DNA from: a virus | IMG/VR virus record: IMGVR_UViG_3300032265_001591 | Span: 9,724 to 73,723 of that record | DNA: 64,000 nucleotides | Reading direction: 5' to 3' (one strand) | In this document: in pieces, positions 26,933-35,856 of the stretch | How the letters are laid out: each line of letters begins with the position of its first letter | Position numbering within the stretch: position 1 is the stretch's first letter | The notes under the pieces: model-generated | Database searches by the model: none | What the model was told of the DNA's origin: nothing | What the model saw: only the letters and a program-made list of their open reading frames with translations | Translations under genes and position numbers: made by a program

Positions 26933-27613
26933 TTGTTTAATAATATTCAAATTGAAAGAAAAACTTTCATTCGAGAAGACATTCAATTTACTGAATTAGA
27001 ATCTTTTAATGAAGACGGCAAAAGATTTTACAAGACACCAACTGGTGAAAACTACCCATCAGTAACAACTGTATTGGGTAGTAGTCTTGATAAACGTAAA
27101 TTGTTTGAATGGAGAAAGCGTGTAGGTGAAGCTGAAGCTCAAAAAATATCTACACGAGCTGCAAACAGAGGAACTCTACTGCATTCAATGTGCGAAAAGT
27201 ATATGTTAAATGATGAAACATTTTGTCAAAAGCAAATGCCATTGACTATTGACCTATTTAAGTCTATTCAAAAATACATTGATGCAGTAGAGGTTGTTTA
27301 TGGGAACGAAATTCCTCTATATTCTCATGATCTAAAGACTGCAGGAAGATCTGATGTCTTTTGTCGGATTGGTGGAAAGAATGCAATTCTTGACTTCAAG
27401 ACATCAAGTCGATTAAAGACCGAAGAAGATATCGAGAGTTATTTCTTGCAATGCACCACGTACTCTCTGATGATTCGAGAGTTAAAGCAAATCGAAGTTC
27501 CAAGGATTGTTATTCTTATTGCAGTAGAAAGTGAAAAGCCACAATACTTTATTAAGTCTACGTCTGATTATGAAGAAAAAGTGAGAAGCATATTCTATAA
27601 CTATCATAGGTAG
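26933..27613 (+). CDS. PD-(D/E)XK exonuclease (T4-like exonuclease family)
   Basis: YPSVTTVL, RGTLLH, AGRSD, ILDFKTS, YFLQCTTY. Confidence 0.9.
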   Translation: MFNNIQIERKTFIREDIQFTELESFNEDGKRFYKTPTGENYPSVTTVLGSSLDKRKLFEWRKRVGEAEAQKISTRAANRGTLLHSMCEKYMLNDETFCQKQMPLTIDLFKSIQKYIDAVEVVYGNEIPLYSHDLKTAGRSDVFCRIGGKNAILDFKTSSRLKTEEDIESYFLQCTTYSLMIRELKQIEVPRIVILIAVESEKPQYFIKSTSDYEEKVRSIFYNYHR

Positions 27614-27618
27614 CAACT

Positions 27619-28065
27619 ATGAATATACGTATCTATAAGTGCCCAGATCAAGAATTAAAGAAGCAAATTAAAGATTTATGTATTCTAACTTTAGAAACAT
27701 TAGTTACAAGCAAAAGAGTGCTTGACAATACATCAATTTCAATAAGACTTGATGATGAATTCTTATCTGATAAGAATGCTTGGGGAATGTGCTGGTGGAA
27801 TGATAAGAATGTTAATCCAAGAAAATTTTCAATAATTTTAAGTGAAAATCTTTGTCCAAGAGCATTCAAAAAAACACTCATACATGAATTAATACATATA
27901 AAACAATACTTATTAAATGAAATGAAAGATTTTTCATCTGGTCAAGTGAAATGGAAATCAAAAATCTTTGAAGAATCAGAAGATATTAAAGTAATTTTGA
28001 AATTTCCTTGGGAAAAAGAAGCATACAAATTAAGTGAAAAATTGTACATTAAGCTATGTACCTAA
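27619..28065 (+). CDS. Putative zinc metallopeptidase
   Basis: TLIHELIHIKQY and PWEKEAY (HExxH plus E). Confidence 0.75.
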   Translation: MNIRIYKCPDQELKKQIKDLCILTLETLVTSKRVLDNTSISIRLDDEFLSDKNAWGMCWWNDKNVNPRKFSIILSENLCPRAFKKTLIHELIHIKQYLLNEMKDFSSGQVKWKSKIFEESEDIKVILKFPWEKEAYKLSEKLYIKLCT

Positions 28066-28085
28066 TTTAAAAGATAATATATAAT
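28057..28085 (+). promoter_or_regulatory. Sigma70-like promoter for tRNA-Thr
   Basis: TGTACC-N17-TATAAT. Confidence 0.65.
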
Positions 28086-28095
28086 ACTACAATAC

Positions 28096-28171
28096 GCTGG
28101 CGTAGCTCAGCAGGCAGAGCAGGGGTTTTGTAAACCTCAGGTCGGGAGTTCGATTCTCTCCGCCAGCACCA
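28096..28171 (+). tRNA. tRNA-Thr(UGU)
   Basis: Acceptor GCTGGCG/CGCCAGC, anticodon loop TT-TGT-AA, ends ACCA. Confidence 0.93.
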
Positions 28172-28187
28172 TTTACCCAAGATATAT

Positions 28188-28418
28188 ATGAATATACTTC
28201 AACTAGATCCACTTATTCCTTTAGATACTCCAAAAGGAAAAGGATGGGCCCATTTTATTATAGATAGATCTCAAGAACACCATCTTGAATGGGTAGTCTT
28301 TATAGATAAAACTGGAGAATGTTGGACATTTCAAAATACTGAAGTACGAATCCAACATAACTTTACTATGAATAGAGTATACACTACGTCTAAATCTGCA
28401 GGCGTTAATCATGATTAA
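28188..28418 (+). CDS. Conserved phage hypothetical protein
   Basis: QLDPLIPL.TPKG.G.A...ID...EH.L.WVVF...TGECW motif. Confidence 0.7.
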   Translation: MNILQLDPLIPLDTPKGKGWAHFIIDRSQEHHLEWVVFIDKTGECWTFQNTEVRIQHNFTMNRVYTTSKSAGVNHD

Positions 28419-28472
28419 GCGATTCTTTTAACAGGACAATATTGTCCTCTCCCTTAAATAAGGAGAACACAT

Positions 28473-28976
28473 ATGTTCACAGAAATAATTATGTGCATGA
28501 TTCTAACATGCGCCTCACCTCAACCAGTTATGCCAAATGTAGATGCACTTCAGTCACAAAAAGTAGGGTATAAACCATATACTCAAGTTTTAAACGAAAA
28601 AGATGTAAAATGTTTAACGGATAACATCTACTTCGAAGCAAGAAATGAAAAAGATATAGGTAAAAAAGCTGTTGCACTAGTCACATTAAACAGACTAAAA
28701 GAAGATGATTATCCAAATACAATATGTAAAATTGTTCATCAGAGAGATGGTGGCAACTGCCAGTTTTCTTGGACTTGTTCTAAAGTAAGAATAACCGATC
28801 TTTATACTTATAAGAAATGTCGTTCAATTGCTAAAGATGTTTTAATGAATTATGAAGTAATGCGTGACGTAACTAAAGGCGCAACAAACTTTCATCGAAG
28901 AGATATTCGTCCAACCTGGGCTAAACGTACTAAACGTACAATAATCATTGGGAAACATATATTTTACAAACTATGA
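28473..28976 (+). CDS. Cell wall hydrolase (SleB/Hydrolase_2 family)
   Basis: CLTDNIYFEARNE, VTLNR, CQFSW, TKGATNFH, IGKHIFY; hydrophobic N-terminus. Confidence 0.9.
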   Translation: MFTEIIMCMILTCASPQPVMPNVDALQSQKVGYKPYTQVLNEKDVKCLTDNIYFEARNEKDIGKKAVALVTLNRLKEDDYPNTICKIVHQRDGGNCQFSWTCSKVRITDLYTYKKCRSIAKDVLMNYEVMRDVTKGATNFHRRDIRPTWAKRTKRTIIIGKHIFYKL

Positions 28977-29215
28977 ATACACTAAAAGTAAATTTAGTTA
29001 AACCTATTCACGAATTCATTAAAGAGATAGATGATCTAGTAAAGAAATCAAAGATTGATTATATTGATGCAGTCATCTCCTATTGTGAAAAGAATGGTAT
29101 TGAAATTGAAACAGCAGCATCATTAATTAAAAGCTCAAGTAAGATCAAGGCTAAAATTCAAAATGAAGCGGAAGAAATGAACTATCTTCCACGAAGTGCA
29201 AAGTTGCCTATCTAA
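28973..29215 (+). CDS. gp33: Late transcription coactivator gp33
   Basis: YIDAV..YCE...IEIE...KI..EA..MNYL motif; gp33-59-32 synteny. Confidence 0.88.
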   Translation: MNTLKVNLVKPIHEFIKEIDDLVKKSKIDYIDAVISYCEKNGIEIETAASLIKSSSKIKAKIQNEAEEMNYLPRSAKLPI

Positions 29216-29787
29216 TGGACGCTTTTACTGCTTTTCAAAAATACCTTGCATTGAAGCAACACTTCAATAAAGATGGATATGATTATTTTAAGTATGGTGG
29301 AAAAATAACTGCAAAGATCTCTTCTTTTGAAATGCGCAAGGACAAGTATATGTTCCATAAGCTTTCAAAGAAGAAAGATCTTGAAGGATTTATTCTTTCT
29401 AATATGCTTGAGAATGAAAATATCTGGGTAAGAGATATGTTGACTTCTGAGTCAGATCAGATCTTTACTGAATGGCTTAAACGTCAACAATCTATCTCTT
29501 ACATATTTGAATCAGACATCGCTAAACTAAACGATGATTTGAATGAGAACCTTATCATTAAAGACAATGAGTATCCCTACTTACTCAAACTCTTTATGCG
29601 TAAGGAGATCTGTATCGAGACTCTTATCATTTGCAATGATGTTTTAAACTTCTTTGGTCATTGGAACAAGCACATCACAGACCCAGTAATCTGGCCTGGT
29701 GCTTATAAAAAGTGTATGAAGTATAAGCCATTCATTAAGTATGATAGGGACCGATGTAAGCAAATCTTGAAGCAAAGATTTGTGTAA
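29215..29787 (+). CDS. gp59: Helicase loader gp59
   Basis: YLALKQHF...YDYFKYGGK...RKDKY.F.KL, ETL; synteny. Confidence 0.92.
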   Translation: MDAFTAFQKYLALKQHFNKDGYDYFKYGGKITAKISSFEMRKDKYMFHKLSKKKDLEGFILSNMLENENIWVRDMLTSESDQIFTEWLKRQQSISYIFESDIAKLNDDLNENLIIKDNEYPYLLKLFMRKEICIETLIICNDVLNFFGHWNKHITDPVIWPGAYKKCMKYKPFIKYDRDRCKQILKQRFV

Positions 29788-29816
29788 CTATTATTCTTTA
29801 TGTGGTAGAATAAATA
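29783..29816 (+). promoter_or_regulatory. Overlapping sigma70-like and late promoters for gene 32
   Basis: TGTAAC-N17-TAGAAT with extended TG, overlapping AATAAATA. Confidence 0.55.
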
Positions 29817-29878
29817 GGTCTATACTATGTTTATGTGGACACACTGTAAAAATATATTGTTAATACGGAGAAATACAT

Positions 29879-30775
29879 ATGACTACTTCTTTTGCACAAC
29901 TTAAAAACAATCGTCAGTCACAGTTTGAAAAGCTTGCCAATGACCTAAACAAGCAAGGCAACTTTGAATCCAAGGAAGACAATCGGTTCTGGAAACCTGA
30001 TGTCGACAAGGCTGGCAATGGTTATGCGGTTATTCGATTCCTTCCTGCACCTAAGGGTGAAGATACTCCCTTTGTTCGTATCTGGGATCATGGATTCCAA
30101 GGTCCAGGCGGATGGTATATTGAAAAGTCTTTGACGACTCTAGGTCAAAAGGATCCAATTTCAGAGTATAACACTCAACTTTGGAATACTGGTGTTGATG
30201 AGAACAAAGAAATTGTTCGTAAACAGAAGCGTCGTCTTCACTACATCAGCAACATCCTTGTGGTTAAGGACCCAGCTCATCCAGAAAATGAAGGTAAGGT
30301 CTTTCTATATCAATATGGAAAGAAGATCTTTGACAAACTCAACGATCTAATGAGCCCTCAGTTCCAGGATGAAGAACCAATCAACCCATTTGATATGTGG
30401 GAAGGCGCCAACTTCAAGCTTAAGATTCGTCAGGTTGAAGGCTATCGTAATTACGACAAGTCTGAATTTGATAATCGTGCACCTATCACGGGTGATGATG
30501 ATGAACTTGAAGCCCTATGGCACAAGGAACATTCTTTACAGGCTTTCCTCCAGCCCTCTAACTTTAAGTCCTATGATGAACTAAAGGCTCGTCTGCATAA
30601 GGTTCTTGGTTGGAACAACAATGCTTTTGAAGAACGTCCTCAGATGTCTGCCAGTGCAGAGAGCATGAAGTTTGAAGAGCCCAAGAGCCATAAGGCAACT
30701 CCTTTCAGTGAAAATATCTCTGAGGAAGATGACGATGGTTTGGACTTCTTTAAGAAACTTGCTGAAGAAGACTAA
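29879..30775 (+). CDS. gp32: Single-stranded DNA-binding protein gp32
   Basis: DKAGNGYAVIRFLP, WYIEKSLTT, GKKIFDK, GANFKLKI, NYDKSEF, acidic tail. Confidence 0.97.
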   Translation: MTTSFAQLKNNRQSQFEKLANDLNKQGNFESKEDNRFWKPDVDKAGNGYAVIRFLPAPKGEDTPFVRIWDHGFQGPGGWYIEKSLTTLGQKDPISEYNTQLWNTGVDENKEIVRKQKRRLHYISNILVVKDPAHPENEGKVFLYQYGKKIFDKLNDLMSPQFQDEEPINPFDMWEGANFKLKIRQVEGYRNYDKSEFDNRAPITGDDDELEALWHKEHSLQAFLQPSNFKSYDELKARLHKVLGWNNNAFEERPQMSASAESMKFEEPKSHKATPFSENISEEDDDGLDFFKKLAEED

Positions 30776-30793
30776 GACTTAATAGTCGAATGT

Positions 30794-30819
30794 AATAAGG
30801 GGACTTCGGTCCCCTTATT
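30794..30819. terminator. Bidirectional terminator hairpin with C(UUCG)G loop
   Basis: AATAAGGGGAC-TTCG-GTCCCCTTATT between convergent genes. Confidence 0.9.
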
Positions 30820-30820
30820 C

Positions 30821-31969
30821 TTATGCAAGACTTCTATATTGACGTTTTAATTCATCTGGAGATGGTAAAGAATCTGACACAGTTGTATCAGAACCTGACA
30901 CAGTTTGTTGAGCTATTTGTGTTACAATAGTTTCACGTGTAATGTTATTTGTTACAGTTTTTACATTTGGCTTTTGTTTAGATTCGGCTATTTGCTTAAC
31001 GTTATTATTATTGATTGGTGATTCGCGTATAGGCTCAACTTTTGCTTGAGGATTTTCTATTTCTGAAGCTTTAGCAGTTTGTGTTTGCTGTTGCACTTTG
31101 AGAGCATCAGTATAAGCTTGTCTAAAGCCCTCATTGGTTTGGTTTGTTTCAATTCCACCAGTTAAAGAAGTCCATTGATTTTTTAAAGACTCTTGTATCT
31201 TGGCAAATGTGTTTGCATCAGCTGTTTCCAAATCTTCTTGCAAATTTTGACCAGTATCTTTTAAATACTCTTCTTGAGCTAAATACCATGCGGCTTTATC
31301 TTGATTTTCAGGAGAAAAATCGGTTAAATCAGGATGTTTTTTAACTAATCCTTCCCAAGTAGTCTTTGTAAATTGGTATCTTCCAGCAGCAGTACTAGGT
31401 CCATTATTAGTTCGCATCCCAATAATTCCAGGATGTTTACTAAAATCACTGAATGTGGCTGGAGCTCTTTCATAGCCTTTTTTTCTATTTGCTGCTTTAT
31501 CTTCCTCAGTTAATCCTTGTTCTGATCCCATACCTACTATAACATCATATCTTCCTTGCGATTCTTTCACAGAAATTGCATCTAATAATGATTTACCTTC
31601 AATAGTAACTTCTTTAGATATAGCTATTTGAGTTAATTCTTTGTTATCATTACGTTTTAAATCACGATTGGTGCTTGCTTCAGTATTTCCAGAAAATAAA
31701 CTACCACCAATTCCTGCAGCAGCAAGACCACCACCCAACAATAACTTACTTAATAATGAGGATTCTTCTTTTTCAACACTAGTTTTTTCTGCTATTGCTT
31801 GTGGTCTTTGCTTTCTTTCTTCAAGAATAGCTTCATATTCTTGTTCTCTTTGAATACTTTTTATATTAATAAGCTTAGTCTTAACAGAATCCAATAAATC
31901 TTTTGTAAGATATTGAAGACGACTAAGTTCTGTCTCCAGAGTGTCAATTAAACTTTGTGATATGTTCAT
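30821..31969 (-). CDS. Virion-associated lysozyme-fold protein (lambda R-like muramidase domain), tape-measure/hub-associated
   Basis: LLDAISVKES...STAAGRYQF...TW...DFSPENQDKAA...QWTSL. Confidence 0.8.
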   Translation of the reverse strand: MNISQSLIDTLETELSRLQYLTKDLLDSVKTKLINIKSIQREQEYEAILEERKQRPQAIAEKTSVEKEESSLLSKLLLGGGLAAAGIGGSLFSGNTEASTNRDLKRNDNKELTQIAISKEVTIEGKSLLDAISVKESQGRYDVIVGMGSEQGLTEEDKAANRKKGYERAPATFSDFSKHPGIIGMRTNNGPSTAAGRYQFTKTTWEGLVKKHPDLTDFSPENQDKAAWYLAQEEYLKDTGQNLQEDLETADANTFAKIQESLKNQWTSLTGGIETNQTNEGFRQAYTDALKVQQQTQTAKASEIENPQAKVEPIRESPINNNNVKQIAESKQKPNVKTVTNNITRETIVTQIAQQTVSGSDTTVSDSLPSPDELKRQYRSLA

Positions 31970-33213
31970 TAAAATTTACAATCTAAAGTTTCTGGTAATG
32001 ATCTATCACAACTTGGAACATCACTTACACTCGGTGAAGAAGTTTGTGATTGCGGTGTGGAGGGTGCAGGTTGACTAACTTGTTGTGGTGGTAAATTGAT
32101 ATTATTTACTTCAGGTTTATTGTTGTTTGAAGTTTCTGCACTTTCTTGATTTAATCTTTTACCAACATTACTGTTATCAAATAAGCTTTCAACAGCATAC
32201 TCTCCTGCAGCATATCCACCTACGCCTCCAGCAAATGAACCAACCGGACCAGCCGCAGCAGTCCCAACTAAACCACCAACTGTTCCAAGTGCAAGACCGC
32301 CTGCCATACTTGCTGCTACTCTGAATGGGCTCTCACCTTTATCTAAACGAGTATAAGCTTCAATTGGAAGTAAGAAAGGAGCAACTTTGCTTGCTGCTTT
32401 TCCTATAAATCCTAATCCTTTTGAAACTATTCCACTTCCTGGGATTTTTTGAACTGCACTGCCTACTTTTTGTACATATTTTGGTGATTGAACATTAGGC
32501 ATTGGAAGTTTTTCTAAAGTTTTTCCTGCTACAGCAGCTGTTGCGGCGCCACCTAATTTCTCTGTTGTACTTACATTTGGATTAGTGGTTGATGGCGATT
32601 CTAAAGGTTCAGTTGGTGGTATATTAGTTGAAGTCTCAGCCGGCGTCTCTGGTGAACCTGGAGGGCTTCCTGCCATATTTGTAGGCGGAGTTTGTGGTGT
32701 AGTTGATTCAGGTGGAGGAGTCTCTTCTTTTTTTCCTCCACCAAATACATTACTTAATAAACTTGCGCCGCCAACTCCTGCAGCAATAGATCCTAATAAA
32801 CCTAATCCGCCCGTAGAATCTGTTTGATTAGTGCTTGATATTTTTTCAATAGGATTAGTTGCTGATCTAGATTGTGCCGTCTTAGTTGGAAACAGAGTAT
32901 CAATTACATCTGTAATGACCGAAGAAAGATTCTCTATATTTGTATTAACTGCATCTAGCGTTGATGACATCAGCTCAAAGAAACTTGAATAGTCAGTGTT
33001 ATCTACAGCATTTGAATTCTGTTGTGGTAGCGCTATATCATCACTATTTAAAGGTTGAACTGCTTCAACAGGAACAGCAGCGGTTTGACCCTGAGATCCC
33101 TGAGCTTGTATTTGAGATAACGTTTTAGTTTCATTTACATTATCAGAAATAGCACTTCCTACTATCCCTGAATTGTATACTGATTGTTGAACTTGCTGTT
33201 GTGTTTCGTTCAT
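31969..33213 (-). CDS. Putative tape-measure/hub protein (gp29-like position)
   Basis: Gly/Ala-rich hydrophobic segments, Pro/Thr linker; position downstream of gp26/gp51. Confidence 0.55.
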   Translation of the reverse strand: MNETQQQVQQSVYNSGIVGSAISDNVNETKTLSQIQAQGSQGQTAAVPVEAVQPLNSDDIALPQQNSNAVDNTDYSSFFELMSSTLDAVNTNIENLSSVITDVIDTLFPTKTAQSRSATNPIEKISSTNQTDSTGGLGLLGSIAAGVGGASLLSNVFGGGKKEETPPPESTTPQTPPTNMAGSPPGSPETPAETSTNIPPTEPLESPSTTNPNVSTTEKLGGAATAAVAGKTLEKLPMPNVQSPKYVQKVGSAVQKIPGSGIVSKGLGFIGKAASKVAPFLLPIEAYTRLDKGESPFRVAASMAGGLALGTVGGLVGTAAAGPVGSFAGGVGGYAAGEYAVESLFDNSNVGKRLNQESAETSNNNKPEVNNINLPPQQVSQPAPSTPQSQTSSPSVSDVPSCDRSLPETLDCKF

Positions 33214-33488
33214 TGCTTAGTAGCCCAAGTAGTAAATCCCATGTAAGCACCTACTACTGACGCCATAGCTAAATAGAAAGCACTAAATACGCCATCTAAA
33301 ACTTTGATTCTTTCATTATCAATATAAGGAGTGAGTAAAATAGCAGTAAAAGAAACCATAGCGCCCATAGCCAACCACGCCATTCGACGTCTATTTTTAA
33401 ATCTAGTTTCAGCTACGCTGATTTCTTTATTACTCACTTTTCCATCCCCATCAAGATCAATCTTTTCTTCTAAGACTTCACTCGACAT
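33210..33488 (-). CDS. Small membrane protein with EF-hand-like loop
   Basis: DLDGDGKVSNKE followed by two TM helices. Confidence 0.7.
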   Translation of the reverse strand: MSSEVLEEKIDLDGDGKVSNKEISVAETRFKNRRRMAWLAMGAMVSFTAILLTPYIDNERIKVLDGVFSAFYLAMASVVGAYMGFTTWATKQ

Positions 33489-33498
33489 TTATTGCCCT

Positions 33499-33684
33499 CT
33501 ATTGATTATTGAGTCTTTCTTTTTCTTTTTGTAAAAAGTCTAATAACATATCAACATAAATGTCTCTTTCAAATGGAATCAAGTTTTCAATCTCTGATAT
33601 AGAATATTTGTGGTGCTGAGCCAAAGCGAATATTAACGTAAAGTAATTATTCAGCGTGGTATGACTCAGCGCTACATAAAAAAA
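33499..33684 (-). CDS. gp51: Baseplate hub assembly chaperone gp51 frame; no proper start, predicted -1 frameshift extension of gp26
   Basis: FFYVALSHTTLNNYFTLIFALAQHHKYSISEIENLIPFERDIYVDMLL...; opens at the T TTT TTT heptamer; missing from the ORF track. Confidence 0.8.
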   Translation of the reverse strand, partial: FFYVALSHTTLNNYFTLIFALAQHHKYSISEIENLIPFERDIYVDMLLDFLQKEKERLNNQ

Positions 33685-34367
33685 TCTTTGATTCCTTGTA
33701 TTTCTATTACTCTAGGAGTTCCATTAGAATTGACATATTCAAGCCTATGTAGTAATTTAGGCATTGTATTGAAGAAATGCTGTATCTTCTCAAAAGTAGG
33801 AACATCTAAGTTATCAATGAAATTTTTAGCTTCTTCAAATGAGTACTCATTCATCTTGAATATTTCATTATCATTATATACTTTATCAATACAATTTACA
33901 ATCATCTTATAAAATACATCATCCTGTGAAACCATTTTAATTTGATCAGGAAGATCAATCCCAGGATACTTCATTAGAATTGTATATTGATCATTGATTT
34001 TAATCTTATTCGTATGATTTAAATCATAGATAATGTCAACGTTATCTAGATCAACTTCAAAAGTATAGACCTTATCATCTTCTTTGTCTCTGTACTTGAG
34101 TTCAACTAGGTTATTGACAGACCTAGCTCTTAACTTTAAAAAGATATATTCCAAATCAAAACTGGCAAGTGATGAAATGTTTAGGTCTTCCAAGCAACAG
34201 TTGTTAATGATCTGTGTAATTGCATCTAAAAGATCACTATCATTTCCTTGTTGTGCAAGCAAAAGTATCTTTTCTTCTTTTACAAGAAATGGACGAAACT
34301 TCTTTGTCTTTTTAATAGATGGTATTTCGATATTAAAAATCGGTGTTTGAATCTTAGGTAATTGCAT
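33672..34367 (-). CDS. gp26: Baseplate hub assembly protein gp26
   Basis: LPKI..P, FRPFLVKEEKILL.A, FDLEYIFLKLRARSV, FFNTMPKL, G..DFF. Confidence 0.92.
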   Translation of the reverse strand: MQLPKIQTPIFNIEIPSIKKTKKFRPFLVKEEKILLLAQQGNDSDLLDAITQIINNCCLEDLNISSLASFDLEYIFLKLRARSVNNLVELKYRDKEDDKVYTFEVDLDNVDIIYDLNHTNKIKINDQYTILMKYPGIDLPDQIKMVSQDDVFYKMIVNCIDKVYNDNEIFKMNEYSFEEAKNFIDNLDVPTFEKIQHFFNTMPKLLHRLEYVNSNGTPRVIEIQGIKDFFM

Positions 34368-34380
34368 ATCTCACTCCAAA

Positions 34381-35361
34381 TTAAAAAATACTTCTGGAAT
34401 TACGTCCAATAATATTTACGTTATTATATGTTTGAATTATGTCGGCTATGCTATTAGGAACACCAATAGCTGAAAAGGTAGAATAAATTGAACCAAGTTT
34501 TAAAAGGCTTTGTATGAACTTTAATCCTGGAAGTTGTGCTTTAATCATGTTTGCTGTGTCAAATCTTTCTGATTTCCAGTTCAAAAACGAAAATTGAGAT
34601 ATGACTGACATTAAACTGTTTTGACTCTCTGCGGCCCAAGATAATTCTGCATCACGTAAAGCTACTGGAAAAGCTTTATATAATGTATACTTGTCAATAG
34701 TGCCACCGGCTGTATTATATGTTTCAATTACTACTTCGGTTTGAAATTCTTTCTTATAAGCAACTTCACCCGGTTCCCATAAATACGCCCCATCTACTGA
34801 TTGCTGAGGTGCGGATAAATCATGCGCATTTGAAAATGCTACAATTTTATTCATCCATGTCTCAAAGAAATTTAATACATGCCCTTGACCATCACCTATG
34901 AATCGTAAAAAGATTTCATTAAAAGCAGCACCATATGGAACTTGTTCTTGAAATCCTACACCAAATCTTTTATAATCATTTGTAGTAAAAAGACCAACGC
35001 CAGGTAATGTTGCATCGTGGCATAATAATACTAAATCTTGTTCTTTAAATCGTGAGTCACTTATAAATCTATTGCTATTCTTTATAGTTACGGTGAATAA
35101 GTTTGTCTTTTGAACATTAACCTTTGAAAGAGTTTCTTTTAATTTGCTTATTCTAAATTTGTTTGGATCTACTGGATCATATGGAGGAGGCGTTGGCGTT
35201 GCTCCTCTTTCAAATACAGGTTTTGAATAAGTTGATCTAAATTGCTCAGTGGTTATTTCGCCAGTTCCTGTTTTTGCATCTTCAAAATATAATGCACGTA
35301 ATTGATCTTCTCTTACGGCTTTTTGAGTAGTTGCATCTAAAATTTCATTACCTGTTGCCAT
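34381..35361 (-). CDS. Tail tube-fold baseplate protein (gp54-like tube initiator)
   Basis: LLC..ATLPG, PYG, FFETWMN.I, Y.LYKAFP...L.W; position between gp2 and gp26. Confidence 0.7.
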   Translation of the reverse strand: MATGNEILDATTQKAVREDQLRALYFEDAKTGTGEITTEQFRSTYSKPVFERGATPTPPPYDPVDPNKFRISKLKETLSKVNVQKTNLFTVTIKNSNRFISDSRFKEQDLVLLCHDATLPGVGLFTTNDYKRFGVGFQEQVPYGAAFNEIFLRFIGDGQGHVLNFFETWMNKIVAFSNAHDLSAPQQSVDGAYLWEPGEVAYKKEFQTEVVIETYNTAGGTIDKYTLYKAFPVALRDAELSWAAESQNSLMSVISQFSFLNWKSERFDTANMIKAQLPGLKFIQSLLKLGSIYSTFSAIGVPNSIADIIQTYNNVNIIGRNSRSIF

Positions 35362-35856
35362 TTATCGTATTCCTAATTTCTTTTTGCTTTCGGCCCAGAC
35401 TGCTGTTTTGTTGGACTTTCTAAATGCTTCTATTGGTAGCAATATAGCTTTTTCCCATTCATCAGGATTGATGTACATCATCTTTGATGCTACATGACCA
35501 AATAAGTAATGTTTTATGCACGGCTCAAAGAAACTAGCAGACATTATATTTATGGCTCGTGTAGTATTGTCTTTCTTATTATTATTTAAAGACAAACTGT
35601 TAATTAAACCAGATCTTAAAGCATATGGTAAATAGTGTAAGTTTAATCCATAGAATCCAGTTGTTTCAATTCTAAACGGAAACACCAATGGCAAAGTATC
35701 ATAGTACTTAAGAGTAGCGGCGTGCTTTGGATTATAGCCAAATAAAAACATTTGGCCTACTCCATTTCTAATATTACCCTGCTTCATGCTTCCAGGAGCA
35801 GAGATGCTTTTCAATTCTTCTACTTTATCTTTAAACCAATCAAGAGGAGTTGCCAT
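35362..35856 (-). CDS. gp2: DNA end protector gp2
   Basis: G.MFLF.YNPKH..TL.YYDT.PLV, GLNLHYLP, CIKHYL..HV. Confidence 0.9.
   Translation of the reverse strand: MATPLDWFKDKVEELKSISAPGSMKQGNIRNGVGQMFLFGYNPKHAATLKYYDTLPLVFPFRIETTGFYGLNLHYLPYALRSGLINSLSLNNNKKDNTTRAINIMSASFFEPCIKHYLFGHVASKMMYINPDEWEKAILLPIEAFRKSNKTAVWAESKKKLGIR

Noticed and set aside
26933-27613. Cas4-like nuclease suggesting CRISPR
   Set aside because: No repeat-spacer array or other cas genes, and no Fe-S Cys cluster pattern; it is the usual T4-like exonuclease next to phoH.
33666-33674. Stop-codon readthrough or TAG recoding as the way to express gp51
   Set aside because: Readthrough of the gp26 TAG meets TGA one codon later, and gp51 is in the -1 frame. 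TAA, TGA and TAG all end conserved genes normally in this window.
33661-33912. Plus-strand 83-aa ORF opposite gp26
   Set aside because: Antisense to a conserved gene with no supporting signals.
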